A stretch of DNA of 64,000 nt from Candidatus Kerfeldbacteria bacterium RIFCSPHIGHO2_12_FULL_48_17. Lineage in GTDB: Bacteria > Patescibacteriota > Patescibacteriia > HO2-48-17. The notes under the pieces are model-generated. The model did no database searches and was not told the DNA's origin. It worked only from the letters and a program-made list of their open reading frames with translations. Position numbers and translations under genes: made by a program. How positions within the stretch are numbered: the first letter of the stretch is position 1; each line of letters opens with the position of its first letter. Of the stretch, positions 17,049 to 25,096 are shown piece after piece. Location: the NCBI GenBank assembly GCA_001818775.1, contig MHKD01000042.1, forward strand, positions 41,022-105,021, read 5' to 3'.

Positions 17049-17576
17049 TCATATACGTGTGCGTGAAGGGTCACCACCTGCGCCGCCAGCCGCGCCATCC
17101 TTAAGACCGCCGCTGACAATACGCTCGGCCTTATCAATAAAAAGAATACCGTTTAAGTGATCGACCTCGTGCTGAAAAACCTTTGCTGTGAGACCGGTAG
17201 CCTTGACATCAACAGGTTTACCGTGCCTGTCAAGAGCCTTAAGACGAACCTTCACGGGTCTCTTTACCAGGCCATATACACCCGGCACAGACAAACACCC
17301 TTCTTCCATATAGGTTTCACGTTGCGAAAAAGAAACAATCTTTGGATTCACAAAAACCTGGGCATCGTGACGGGTTTTCCCGCCCAAAACAAAAACCTGG
17401 TGCGGTGTGCCCACCTGTGTGGCGGCAATACCGATACCATCATCAGCAATCATGGTATCGGTGAGATCCTCAATAAGCGCCTGTACTTCTTTGCTGCGCA
17501 GCTTTTCAAGGGTGATGTTTTTTGCCACCTCACGCAGCCGTTTATCGGGATGTTTTAATACGGGAAGTATGCTCAT
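17049..17576 (-). CDS. def: Peptide deformylase
   Basis: Motifs GIGIAATQVG, EGCLSVPG and HEVDHLNG. Start moved to the Met of MSILPVLKHPD (track start at 17669 is over-extended). Stop TGA at 17051..17049. Confidence 0.9.
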   Translation of the reverse strand: MSILPVLKHPDKRLREVAKNITLEKLRSKEVQALIEDLTDTMIADDGIGIAATQVGTPHQVFVLGGKTRHDAQVFVNPKIVSFSQRETYMEEGCLSVPGVYGLVKRPVKVRLKALDRHGKPVDVKATGLTAKVFQHEVDHLNGILFIDKAERIVSGGLKDGAAGGAGGDPSRTRI

Positions 17577-17598
17577 ATCGGTAGTAATCCTAAATGTA

Positions 17599-19266
17599 CT
17601 AGAAAAATTCATCGGGGTCAATGTCAACCAGGGCATCGGCAGGTGGACGCCAATCGCTTTTTGGGTCACGAAGCAATTCCGCCGCTTCGCGGCCGTCCCT
17701 GTAAAAAACCTTCACCAAACGGGCAAAAGGTGGATAATGAAAAATCTTGCGCCTGTTGAGTTCGGAATCATAAAAACCCCTATAATCGTGGCTCTGTACG
17801 AAACGGAAAATGGGATGCTCAGGAGCATGGGTCTGTATAAACACCTCGGGCACATGTGCAGCAAAAAAAGTCAGGAGTTGGTATGTTCTCTCGCCAGCGC
17901 GCCACTGGGGACGGCTCAGCATCTGGTCAACACCCAAAACAATGCCCGCCTGGAAATCGGCAAGCTGAATGCGCTCGAAAGCAAATTCCGTGCCAACAAC
18001 AATATCGGCTTTTTCCCAATTCACATTTTCTTTCACCGTTCTGTCAAGGAGGGCAAGACGCTTATACGGAAAAAGTTTGGCCAGTTCCGAAACAATCTTC
18101 TGTGTGCCGAAACCGGCCGTATACAAACGGGTAGACTGGCAATGCTCGCACCGAACAACCTGGCCGTAAGGATAAAGATGCTTACACTCCGAACAGACCA
18201 GATAACGGGCAAACCCGGTCCGGTTGATAAAAATAAAGCAACGTTTTTTCGCCAAAACACCCAGTGCCGCTTCACTGAAAACTGAATAATTCTTCGCCAT
18301 ACGTTCGGCGTGCATATCAACCACGGTTATGCGCACATCTTTTTCACGCCCGCCCGCAAGAGAAATCCAATCAGCAGCATACGCCGTTGTCACCCGCGGA
18401 GCGCGACTGGTAAAAATCAGGCGCAGGTTGTATTTTTTTTGCAGATACGAAGCAACATCATGAACGGAAAAACGCGGATTCTGATCGTAATTTTTATGAT
18501 GCACGCTGTCCTCATCATCAATAATAATCGTAGAAAGACGCCGAGGAAGAGAAAACAGCGCTGACTTTGTTCCGATGAGAACACGCCGTCGCGAATTTTT
18601 TTGACGCGCTGAAAGCCAAAACGCCCAATAGTCGCGCATCGACAGGGCACGGTCAAGAACACGGGGAGAAAAATCAGCAAAAATCCCCGCAAAGTACACA
18701 GCAGCTGAACGCGAAGGGGTAATGAGAAGGATATCACCCTTACTTTTTTGGAGAATGCCCCGATAAAATGCCAATTTGTGCTGAAGTGACACATACATCA
18801 ACAAAAAAGGTTGCACTGCTTTTTCGGACAGGGCCTGATGAACCGCCGCGGTGATCGATGAAATGTCTTTACGTCGAACAGAAGCGCCGGAGCCAGAAGT
18901 TGATGCACGTCGCGGCTGTGAAAAAACAGGTGCGGAAGGGACATCCGCATCTCGCCTCGGCAGCTCCGGCAGCCAGGTACGGAGACTCAAAGCAGGGGAT
19001 ACAAAATAAAAATCACTGAACCAAGTAAGCGCGTCCAAAAAACGGTCATCGAGAACACCAGAAAAAAGGACACGGTCAATGGTTTTCAGTCGCCGCTTAG
19101 TGCCAGAAGTCTTCTTCAGTTTTCTCACAACACCAACGCAAAAAGAACGGCGCCAGGGAATACGCACAATATCACCAACCGACACATGCATGTCCGTGGG
19201 TATGCGGTAATCAAAAAAACCCAAAGTGCGAACCAGACGCAATCTCGGGATAATTTCAGCAATCAT
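17599..19266 (-). CDS. priA: Primosomal protein N' (PriA)-like helicase. Motif II is retained but no Walker A is recognisable.
   Basis: N-terminal 3' DNA-binding-like domain, DExH-like IIIDDEDSVHHKNYD, and zinc ribbon CSECK...CEHCQ. No GxGKT/S motif anywhere in the protein. Lies upstream of def-fmt, as in Firmicutes-type priA-def-fmt operons. Confidence 0.7.
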   Translation of the reverse strand: MIAEIIPRLRLVRTLGFFDYRIPTDMHVSVGDIVRIPWRRSFCVGVVRKLKKTSGTKRRLKTIDRVLFSGVLDDRFLDALTWFSDFYFVSPALSLRTWLPELPRRDADVPSAPVFSQPRRASTSGSGASVRRKDISSITAAVHQALSEKAVQPFLLMYVSLQHKLAFYRGILQKSKGDILLITPSRSAAVYFAGIFADFSPRVLDRALSMRDYWAFWLSARQKNSRRRVLIGTKSALFSLPRRLSTIIIDDEDSVHHKNYDQNPRFSVHDVASYLQKKYNLRLIFTSRAPRVTTAYAADWISLAGGREKDVRITVVDMHAERMAKNYSVFSEAALGVLAKKRCFIFINRTGFARYLVCSECKHLYPYGQVVRCEHCQSTRLYTAGFGTQKIVSELAKLFPYKRLALLDRTVKENVNWEKADIVVGTEFAFERIQLADFQAGIVLGVDQMLSRPQWRAGERTYQLLTFFAAHVPEVFIQTHAPEHPIFRFVQSHDYRGFYDSELNRRKIFHYPPFARLVKVFYRDGREAAELLRDPKSDWRPPADALVDIDPDEFF

Positions 19267-20060
19267 TATTCAAGAGAAAGTTTCGCCACCAAGTAGCCAA
19301 CGCCAAAGGGATGCTCATAGCTCAGTACCGAAACCGAAAAATTAACGGAATTGAAAATACCAAACAGCACAATAAAGGCCCTAAGACCGCATTCACTGCC
19401 TTCACTGATAAGTTTCTTATCAATATCCCTCAATGCCTTTGAATCAGCCGCCGTAACAGCATCAATAATAGCCTTATCAAGTTTACCGGCATATTCGGAA
19501 AAACCGGCCGGAGCATCATCAGTCAACCGATGAGAAAGGTCACCGGAAGCCACAACAGCAATCCGTTTGTTGGAATTCAGAATCTCTCGCTGCAAGGCAC
19601 GGCCAAATTCAAAATGCGTTTCATAATCCAGAAGCGAGTAACTGACCGGAACAACGCGTGCATCGGGGAGATGTCGCATGAGAAAATACAAGGGGATAAT
19701 AGTACCGTAATCAAGCGCGTCGTGGTGGGTAAGTTTAATGGGAATATCAGCATCACGCGCAGCCTGCTTGAAACGACTAACGAGTTCCAAATCACCGGTA
19801 AATGTCAGCTTGGTGGATATGTCGGCAAATTCCTTCAAATCCGTATCATAGTGGGTGGAAAGGTTTATATAAAATGCGTCAGCTGCCAACGGGGCATGAG
19901 GAGAAATGACAATAATAATATCAGGTTTAGCCGAATAAACAAGCCCTTCGAGCTCGTCAAAAGCCTGTCTTGTCTGGGCCAGTTGTTTCGTTTTCTCTTT
20001 CCCGATACTCGCCAGGAGGAGCGGGGGATGAGGAGTAATGGCACCGATAACAAGTGACAT
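19266..20060 (-). CDS. LigB-superfamily protein (class III extradiol dioxygenase / MEMO1 / AmmeMemoRadiSam-B-like)
   Basis: About 264 aa with an IIVISPHAP motif and His-containing blocks typical of the LigB/MEMO fold. Assignment is by recollection of the fold's motifs only. Confidence 0.45.
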   Translation of the reverse strand: MSLVIGAITPHPPLLLASIGKEKTKQLAQTRQAFDELEGLVYSAKPDIIIVISPHAPLAADAFYINLSTHYDTDLKEFADISTKLTFTGDLELVSRFKQAARDADIPIKLTHHDALDYGTIIPLYFLMRHLPDARVVPVSYSLLDYETHFEFGRALQREILNSNKRIAVVASGDLSHRLTDDAPAGFSEYAGKLDKAIIDAVTAADSKALRDIDKKLISEGSECGLRAFIVLFGIFNSVNFSVSVLSYEHPFGVGYLVAKLSLE

Positions 20061-20062
20061 AA

Positions 20063-21457
20063 CTATTTATCAAGAGTAAGGGGTTTACCGTTTGGATGAA
20101 GGTTAAGAGCCGCCTTTGAGGTAAAGATGATATTGTCCCAACGGTAGCCGAGCTGCGTAAAAGCTTCAGCGCTGGTAAATGCCCGCTTCTCTCCATTGGA
20201 AATAACATATACAGAGCCGACTTCATGAGAACTCACCAGCGTGCCATCAGGGAAGAGCACATCATTGCCGCGGGGAAGCTGATCAATAACCGTAGCAGCG
20301 ACCGAGACAACCTGCTTTCCCTTAAAATTTACATTCAAAAGTTCACGGTTGATGATGTTATGACGAACCCCCTTGGGATCAACATACACCACAGCGCCCG
20401 TTTCTTTATACTGATAAAGTATGCCTGCCGGAAAAACGTCATCCGCAGTAATAGGGCTGTCTTCCTGAAAACTCTTCAGCGTGTCCCAGGAAACAGCCTG
20501 TATCTCCTCGGGATTGTAACCGAGCTTACGAAAAACCTCACCCGAACTTATACCACGAATTTTCCCATCATTATAAAGATAGACCGTGCCGCTCGGCGAA
20601 CGGAGAAGGCTGAAATTCGCAAAAGAAATCGCCTGACCAGTTTCATAAGCATCAAGTGTCACCTTCGAAGCAGGAATAAGATCCCGAGGGTCATAATTGG
20701 CAAAAAAGGCCTCACGCCTGGTAAAGGGAAGTTTCTTGCCATTGCGAATAATGTAAATACCCCCGGTATTCACATCCTGAAGCAGTGTACCGTCAGGGTA
20801 GGAAAGATTAAACCACTTCGTAAAAATATCATAAAATAAACTGTTCCCGCCGACATTTTCATCACCTTCGTGATAACCGACCCAAGGTGTGTATGTATAC
20901 AAAGCCGCTGTCGCCGCATTCTCAGGAGTAACTTCCAAACCATCCAGTGATGTTTTCGTCACCCCCGGACCCCAACCGGAAATGGTCGTACCCGTGCTGG
21001 CAATGTCATCAATATACGTTCGAACACCTTTTGCGCCCCAGGCAACCTGATTATCAAACCCTTTGTATTTTGCGGCCTGCTCAGGAGTGCAGTGGTCGCA
21101 ACGACCATAACCCGTAGCCCAATTCAGCTGGTTATCGGTCGGTCGGCCGGCAGTGATAACTCCTTGCTCAACCTGCATGCGGGTGATAAGGTATTCCGGA
21201 CTTATTTCATAGGTCAACGCGTTCTCATAAATAATCTGTGCAGCCGTTTTCGTAACGCCATCAACCGCAAAAGATAAGCCACCCAGCGCACCCTTCGCGG
21301 CCAGAAAACTCTGGATACGAGACAAGCCCATAGCCTGAGAAGAAGTCAGCTCACGATCACCAATCACATTATTCCGATCAAATGATGCACTGAAGACAAC
21401 GGTAGGAAAACCAAAAAGAAAAACTGATAAGAGAAAATAACGGAGAAAAAATCGCAT
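20063..21457 (-). CDS. Secreted protein with an N-terminal signal peptide and four ~45-aa C-terminal repeats, hypothetical
   Basis: Signal peptide MRFFLRYFLLSVFLFGFPTVVFSA. Four repeats of consensus Y.I.NGKKR.FTS.EAF..LGY. The N-terminal domain has a Cys pair (RCDHC). No family recognised. Confidence 0.5.
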   Translation of the reverse strand: MRFFLRYFLLSVFLFGFPTVVFSASFDRNNVIGDRELTSSQAMGLSRIQSFLAAKGALGGLSFAVDGVTKTAAQIIYENALTYEISPEYLITRMQVEQGVITAGRPTDNQLNWATGYGRCDHCTPEQAAKYKGFDNQVAWGAKGVRTYIDDIASTGTTISGWGPGVTKTSLDGLEVTPENAATAALYTYTPWVGYHEGDENVGGNSLFYDIFTKWFNLSYPDGTLLQDVNTGGIYIIRNGKKLPFTRREAFFANYDPRDLIPASKVTLDAYETGQAISFANFSLLRSPSGTVYLYNDGKIRGISSGEVFRKLGYNPEEIQAVSWDTLKSFQEDSPITADDVFPAGILYQYKETGAVVYVDPKGVRHNIINRELLNVNFKGKQVVSVAATVIDQLPRGNDVLFPDGTLVSSHEVGSVYVISNGEKRAFTSAEAFTQLGYRWDNIIFTSKAALNLHPNGKPLTLDK

Positions 21458-21523
21458 AAATATATAATTTACTTAATGGGAAATTCAGTTTTATTATACA
21501 TAAAATTGTGATATTATTCAAAC

Positions 21524-22264
21524 ATGAAAACTATCAACATTTTGGGGGTGAATATTCATGCGATTACGCGGAACCAAGCAGAAAAAGAGATACAGGCCTA
21601 TCTATTCGATAATAAAACCCGTATTATCGTGACCCCCGGACCGGAATTTCTCGTACGAGCCCACAAAAATCCAGACTTTAAGGAACTCCTCAACAGGGCT
21701 GACCTGGCCCTCGCCGATGGCAGTGGTCTCGTTTTCTTTTCCGGCGGAAACATACCCGAGCGCTGCAGCGGGGCTGATATGATTCCCACCATACTGAAAC
21801 AGCTTCAACACAACAGCGGCAAACTTGGCGTTATTTTGCGCGATGATGGTCTCAGCCGGGCGGACAAACTCATGCATTCTCTCGAAAAAACCAATCCCGG
21901 ATTACATACAAAAATTGTGTACAAAAAAAGCAATGAAACAATAAGCAAAAAAATCCTCCGGGATCTCACAGACTTCATTCCCGATGTGCTACTCGTTGCT
22001 CTCGGTTCTCCACAGCAGGAAGAGTGGATTTTTGCCCACCAACAGCAATTTCCCCAAACCAAAATAATGATGGGGGTGGGAGGAGCGCTTGACTACTGGA
22101 GCGGCGCTATGCGACGCGCACCGCGCTTCATGCGAAATATCGGTCTGGAATGGCTGTGGCGCCTTATCCGCCAACCCCGACGCTTACCAAGAATACTGAA
22201 TGCTGTTATACTGTTTCCATTACTGGTTATAGCCGAAAAAAGTCATAAAAAACACTATGAATGA
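21524..22264 (+). CDS. WecB/TagA/CpsF-family (GT26) glycosyltransferase
   Basis: NILGVNIHAITRNQAEKEI...IIVTPGPEFLVRAH...LALADGSGLVF matches GT26 (TagA/WecG) N-acetylmannosaminyltransferases. Confidence 0.8.
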   Translation: MKTINILGVNIHAITRNQAEKEIQAYLFDNKTRIIVTPGPEFLVRAHKNPDFKELLNRADLALADGSGLVFFSGGNIPERCSGADMIPTILKQLQHNSGKLGVILRDDGLSRADKLMHSLEKTNPGLHTKIVYKKSNETISKKILRDLTDFIPDVLLVALGSPQQEEWIFAHQQQFPQTKIMMGVGGALDYWSGAMRRAPRFMRNIGLEWLWRLIRQPRRLPRILNAVILFPLLVIAEKSHKKHYE

Positions 22265-23714
22265 AATAAAAATCCAGATACGAACGCGCTTTGCGCCAAG
22301 CCCCACAGGAAAACAGCACATTGGGGGATTTCGCACCGCCCTCTATTCCTATCTCTACGCCAAAAAACAAAACGGCGTCTTTATACTGCGCATTGAAGAT
22401 ACTGATCAAGCGCGCTCAGTGAAAGGCAGCGTGGAAAGTATCTACGACGGCCTCAAATGGCTTGGTATACACCCGGATGAAGGACCACGAGAGGGCGGGG
22501 AATATGGACCATACAGCCAATCTGAACGCCTGGATATGTACAAAAAATTTGTTCAGGAACTTCTGGACGGTAAACACGCCTACTATTGTTTTTGCGCTCC
22601 GGAAAGGCTTACCGAACTCAAGCAGGCACAATCAGCCGCCGCCAAACCACCAAAATATGACCAAAAATGCCTCAAGCTCACACCTGACGAGATCAAGGAA
22701 AAACTCAAGGCAGGGGAAAAATATGTAGTTCGCCAAAAAATGCCATCTGAACCGACCCTCACAACCTTTGACGAACTCCGGGGAAAAACGCTCTGGCAAA
22801 CCAAAGACCTCGACGACCATGTACTCTTAAAATCTGACGGCTTCCCGACCTATCACCTGGCCAATGTGGTGGATGATCACCTCATGAAAATCACGCACGT
22901 TTTTCGCGGTGAAGAATGGCTGCCGTCCTTTCCCAAGCACGTGGCACTGCATGGTGCTTTCGGCTGGAAGATGCCAAAATTCATTCATCTCCCACTCATC
23001 CTGTCAAAAGAAGGCGGAAAACTCAGCAAAAGAAAGGGCGCCGTGCCATTGGTTGATATGCAGCACCAGGGTTTTTTGCCCGAAGCCGTAGTAAATTTTA
23101 TGGCGTTTCTGGGCTGGAATCCCAAAACCGAACAGGAAATATTTTCCATGGACCAACTCATTGAAAAATTTTCCATCAAGGGCCTGAATAAAGCCGGGGC
23201 CATCTATGATACGGAAAAACTCCTGTGGTACAACGCCCACTACATTCACCACGCGCCCGCCGAAAAACTTTTACAACAGGCAAAGGAATTTCTTCCCGGG
23301 GGATTTTCCGATGACCTGTATAAAAAAATCATTACCATCGAAAAAAGCCGGCTCACCGCCCTCAGCGAGCTGTCAGAAATCACTGACTATCTCTTCACCA
23401 AAAAACTCAAGATTGATACAAAAATCCTGCCATGGAAAGAAAACACGCCGGACGCAACGGCACAGGCACTGAAATTTTCGGCTGATGCACTGGCAAAAAT
23501 AGGGGAGAAGGACTGGGAAAAACAGGAAAACATTGAAAAAACCCTCAAAACCGCCATACAGACGAGCAATCAAAAAAATGGTCCCATACTCTGGCCTTTG
23601 CGGGTTGCCCTCACCGGAAAAACCCAAAGTCCCAGCCCGTTTGAAGTCGCCTGGGCCCTGGGAAAAGAGGAAACGCAAAACCGAATCGTCGCCGCGATAA
23701 AAGCCTGCTCATAA
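22257..23714 (+). CDS. gltX: Glutamyl-tRNA synthetase
   Basis: Class I aaRS with HIGH-type motif PSPTGKQHIGG and KMSKS-type KLSKRKG. Length and anticodon-binding domain are typical of GluRS. Confidence 0.9.
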   Translation: MNEIKIQIRTRFAPSPTGKQHIGGFRTALYSYLYAKKQNGVFILRIEDTDQARSVKGSVESIYDGLKWLGIHPDEGPREGGEYGPYSQSERLDMYKKFVQELLDGKHAYYCFCAPERLTELKQAQSAAAKPPKYDQKCLKLTPDEIKEKLKAGEKYVVRQKMPSEPTLTTFDELRGKTLWQTKDLDDHVLLKSDGFPTYHLANVVDDHLMKITHVFRGEEWLPSFPKHVALHGAFGWKMPKFIHLPLILSKEGGKLSKRKGAVPLVDMQHQGFLPEAVVNFMAFLGWNPKTEQEIFSMDQLIEKFSIKGLNKAGAIYDTEKLLWYNAHYIHHAPAEKLLQQAKEFLPGGFSDDLYKKIITIEKSRLTALSELSEITDYLFTKKLKIDTKILPWKENTPDATAQALKFSADALAKIGEKDWEKQENIEKTLKTAIQTSNQKNGPILWPLRVALTGKTQSPSPFEVAWALGKEETQNRIVAAIKACS

Positions 23715-23719
23715 TCTCC

Positions 23720-23748
23720 TTCGCAAATAAGGCAATATCTGCTATAAT
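23720..23748 (+). promoter_or_regulatory. Candidate sigma70-like promoter for the M23 peptidase gene. Perfect TATAAT -10 at 23743-23748, placing the TSS at or near the ATG (leaderless or very short leader).
   Basis: ttcgca (-35-like), 17-nt spacer, tataat. The ATG at 23756 lies 8 nt downstream. Confidence 0.3.
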
Positions 23749-23755
23749 ATTGCAC

Positions 23756-25084
23756 ATGGGACAGGAAAACTTCATAAAAACAAAACACCGACAGCGCATG
23801 TACACGCTGACACTTTTCGTCTGTGCCAGTATTTTTCTGGTACTCAGCACAAAAATCACGCATGGCGCCACGGATCCGGCCGACGATACAAAACTCAACA
23901 ATATTGACACGCAAATACAGCAAAAACAGAAAGAACTCACCGACATCGAAGATAAAATCGAATTTTACAACAAAACCATAGAAGTCAAACAGGAGGAACT
24001 CCTGTCCTTAAAAAGCGAACTCGAGCTTCTTGGCACCAATATTGAGCGTACGCAGAAAGAAATCCAGCAAAAGGGAACCGAAATACAGCTCCTGGAGCTG
24101 GAAATACAGGAACTCAAACAAAAAATCGAAGCCAATGAAGGGAAAATCGTCGTACAAAAAAGAAGCATCCAGGACACGCTGAAAAAACTCTACATCGATG
24201 AGCATAAAACGTACCTCGAAGCCACGGTTTCCTCAACGTCATTTTCAAGTTTTTTCAAACAGATAACGTATTTGCAGGAAGTGGAAAAAGAATCGCAGCG
24301 CAACCTGGACACGATCCAAAAACTGCGTGATGAACAAACCGTACAAAAGAAAAAAGTCGAGGAAAAAAATAGCGAAGTAAAACAGACGAAATCCGATCTT
24401 GAAGTCCAGAAAATTGATTACGAAAAACAGCAGGAGCAACGCGCTGACATTCTCATAGAAACGGAAGAAGATGAGGAAAAATTTCAACAACTCGTGGAAG
24501 AAGCGCGTCAAGAACAGCAGAGTATTGATGCCAATATTAGGGCACTGGAAAAAAAGGCGCGGAAACGGCTGGAGGATTTGCAAAAAAAAGACGGCAGCAC
24601 AGGGGACAGTGGATCCGCTGAAGATCTGCTCGGGGATGGAAGTGATTTTGGCGGGGACTTCGCGCCGATCTGGCCGGTCGACAGCCAGACGGTGACGTGC
24701 AGTTTCCATTGCGGCGATTATCCGTTCAGGCGGGTTTTTGAACACTCAGGAACGGACATTGCTGTTCCACAGGGGACAGCTGTCAAAGCCGCCGCTTCAG
24801 GCTATGTGGCTATTGCCAAGGACGGCGGCGCCACCGGGTATTCCTACATCATGCTGGTTCACGGCAACGGCTTTTCGACGGTTTATGGCCACATCAGCTC
24901 AATAGGCGCCAATACGCTGGAGAAACTGGAAACCGGCGCCCTGGTGCGAAAAGGGGAGGGAATTGGGCTGAGTGGCGGCACACCAGGCACGCCAGGCGCC
25001 GGCCGTTTCGTCACCGGCCCACACCTGCACTTTGAAGTGCGCAAGGACGGTATTCCGGTCAATGCGGAGGATTATTTGCCGTAA
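23756..25084 (+). CDS. M23-family (LytM/EnvC-like) peptidoglycan endopeptidase with an N-terminal coiled-coil
   Basis: Long heptad/coiled-coil region followed by an M23 domain (HSGTDIAVPQGTAVKAAASG...HGNGFSTVYGHIS...GPHLHFEV). Confidence 0.85.
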   Translation: MGQENFIKTKHRQRMYTLTLFVCASIFLVLSTKITHGATDPADDTKLNNIDTQIQQKQKELTDIEDKIEFYNKTIEVKQEELLSLKSELELLGTNIERTQKEIQQKGTEIQLLELEIQELKQKIEANEGKIVVQKRSIQDTLKKLYIDEHKTYLEATVSSTSFSSFFKQITYLQEVEKESQRNLDTIQKLRDEQTVQKKKVEEKNSEVKQTKSDLEVQKIDYEKQQEQRADILIETEEDEEKFQQLVEEARQEQQSIDANIRALEKKARKRLEDLQKKDGSTGDSGSAEDLLGDGSDFGGDFAPIWPVDSQTVTCSFHCGDYPFRRVFEHSGTDIAVPQGTAVKAAASGYVAIAKDGGATGYSYIMLVHGNGFSTVYGHISSIGANTLEKLETGALVRKGEGIGLSGGTPGTPGAGRFVTGPHLHFEVRKDGIPVNAEDYLP

Positions 25085-25096
25085 CTTTATAGCGCT

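Noticed and set aside
15950-17137. 395-aa version of the fmt ORF starting at 17137
   Set aside because: Its extra N-terminal 74 residues are translated straight through the MITE and would overlap def by ~88 nt. The conserved Fmt core starts at VRVVFFGTPDF. The start was therefore placed at the element-internal ATG (16915).
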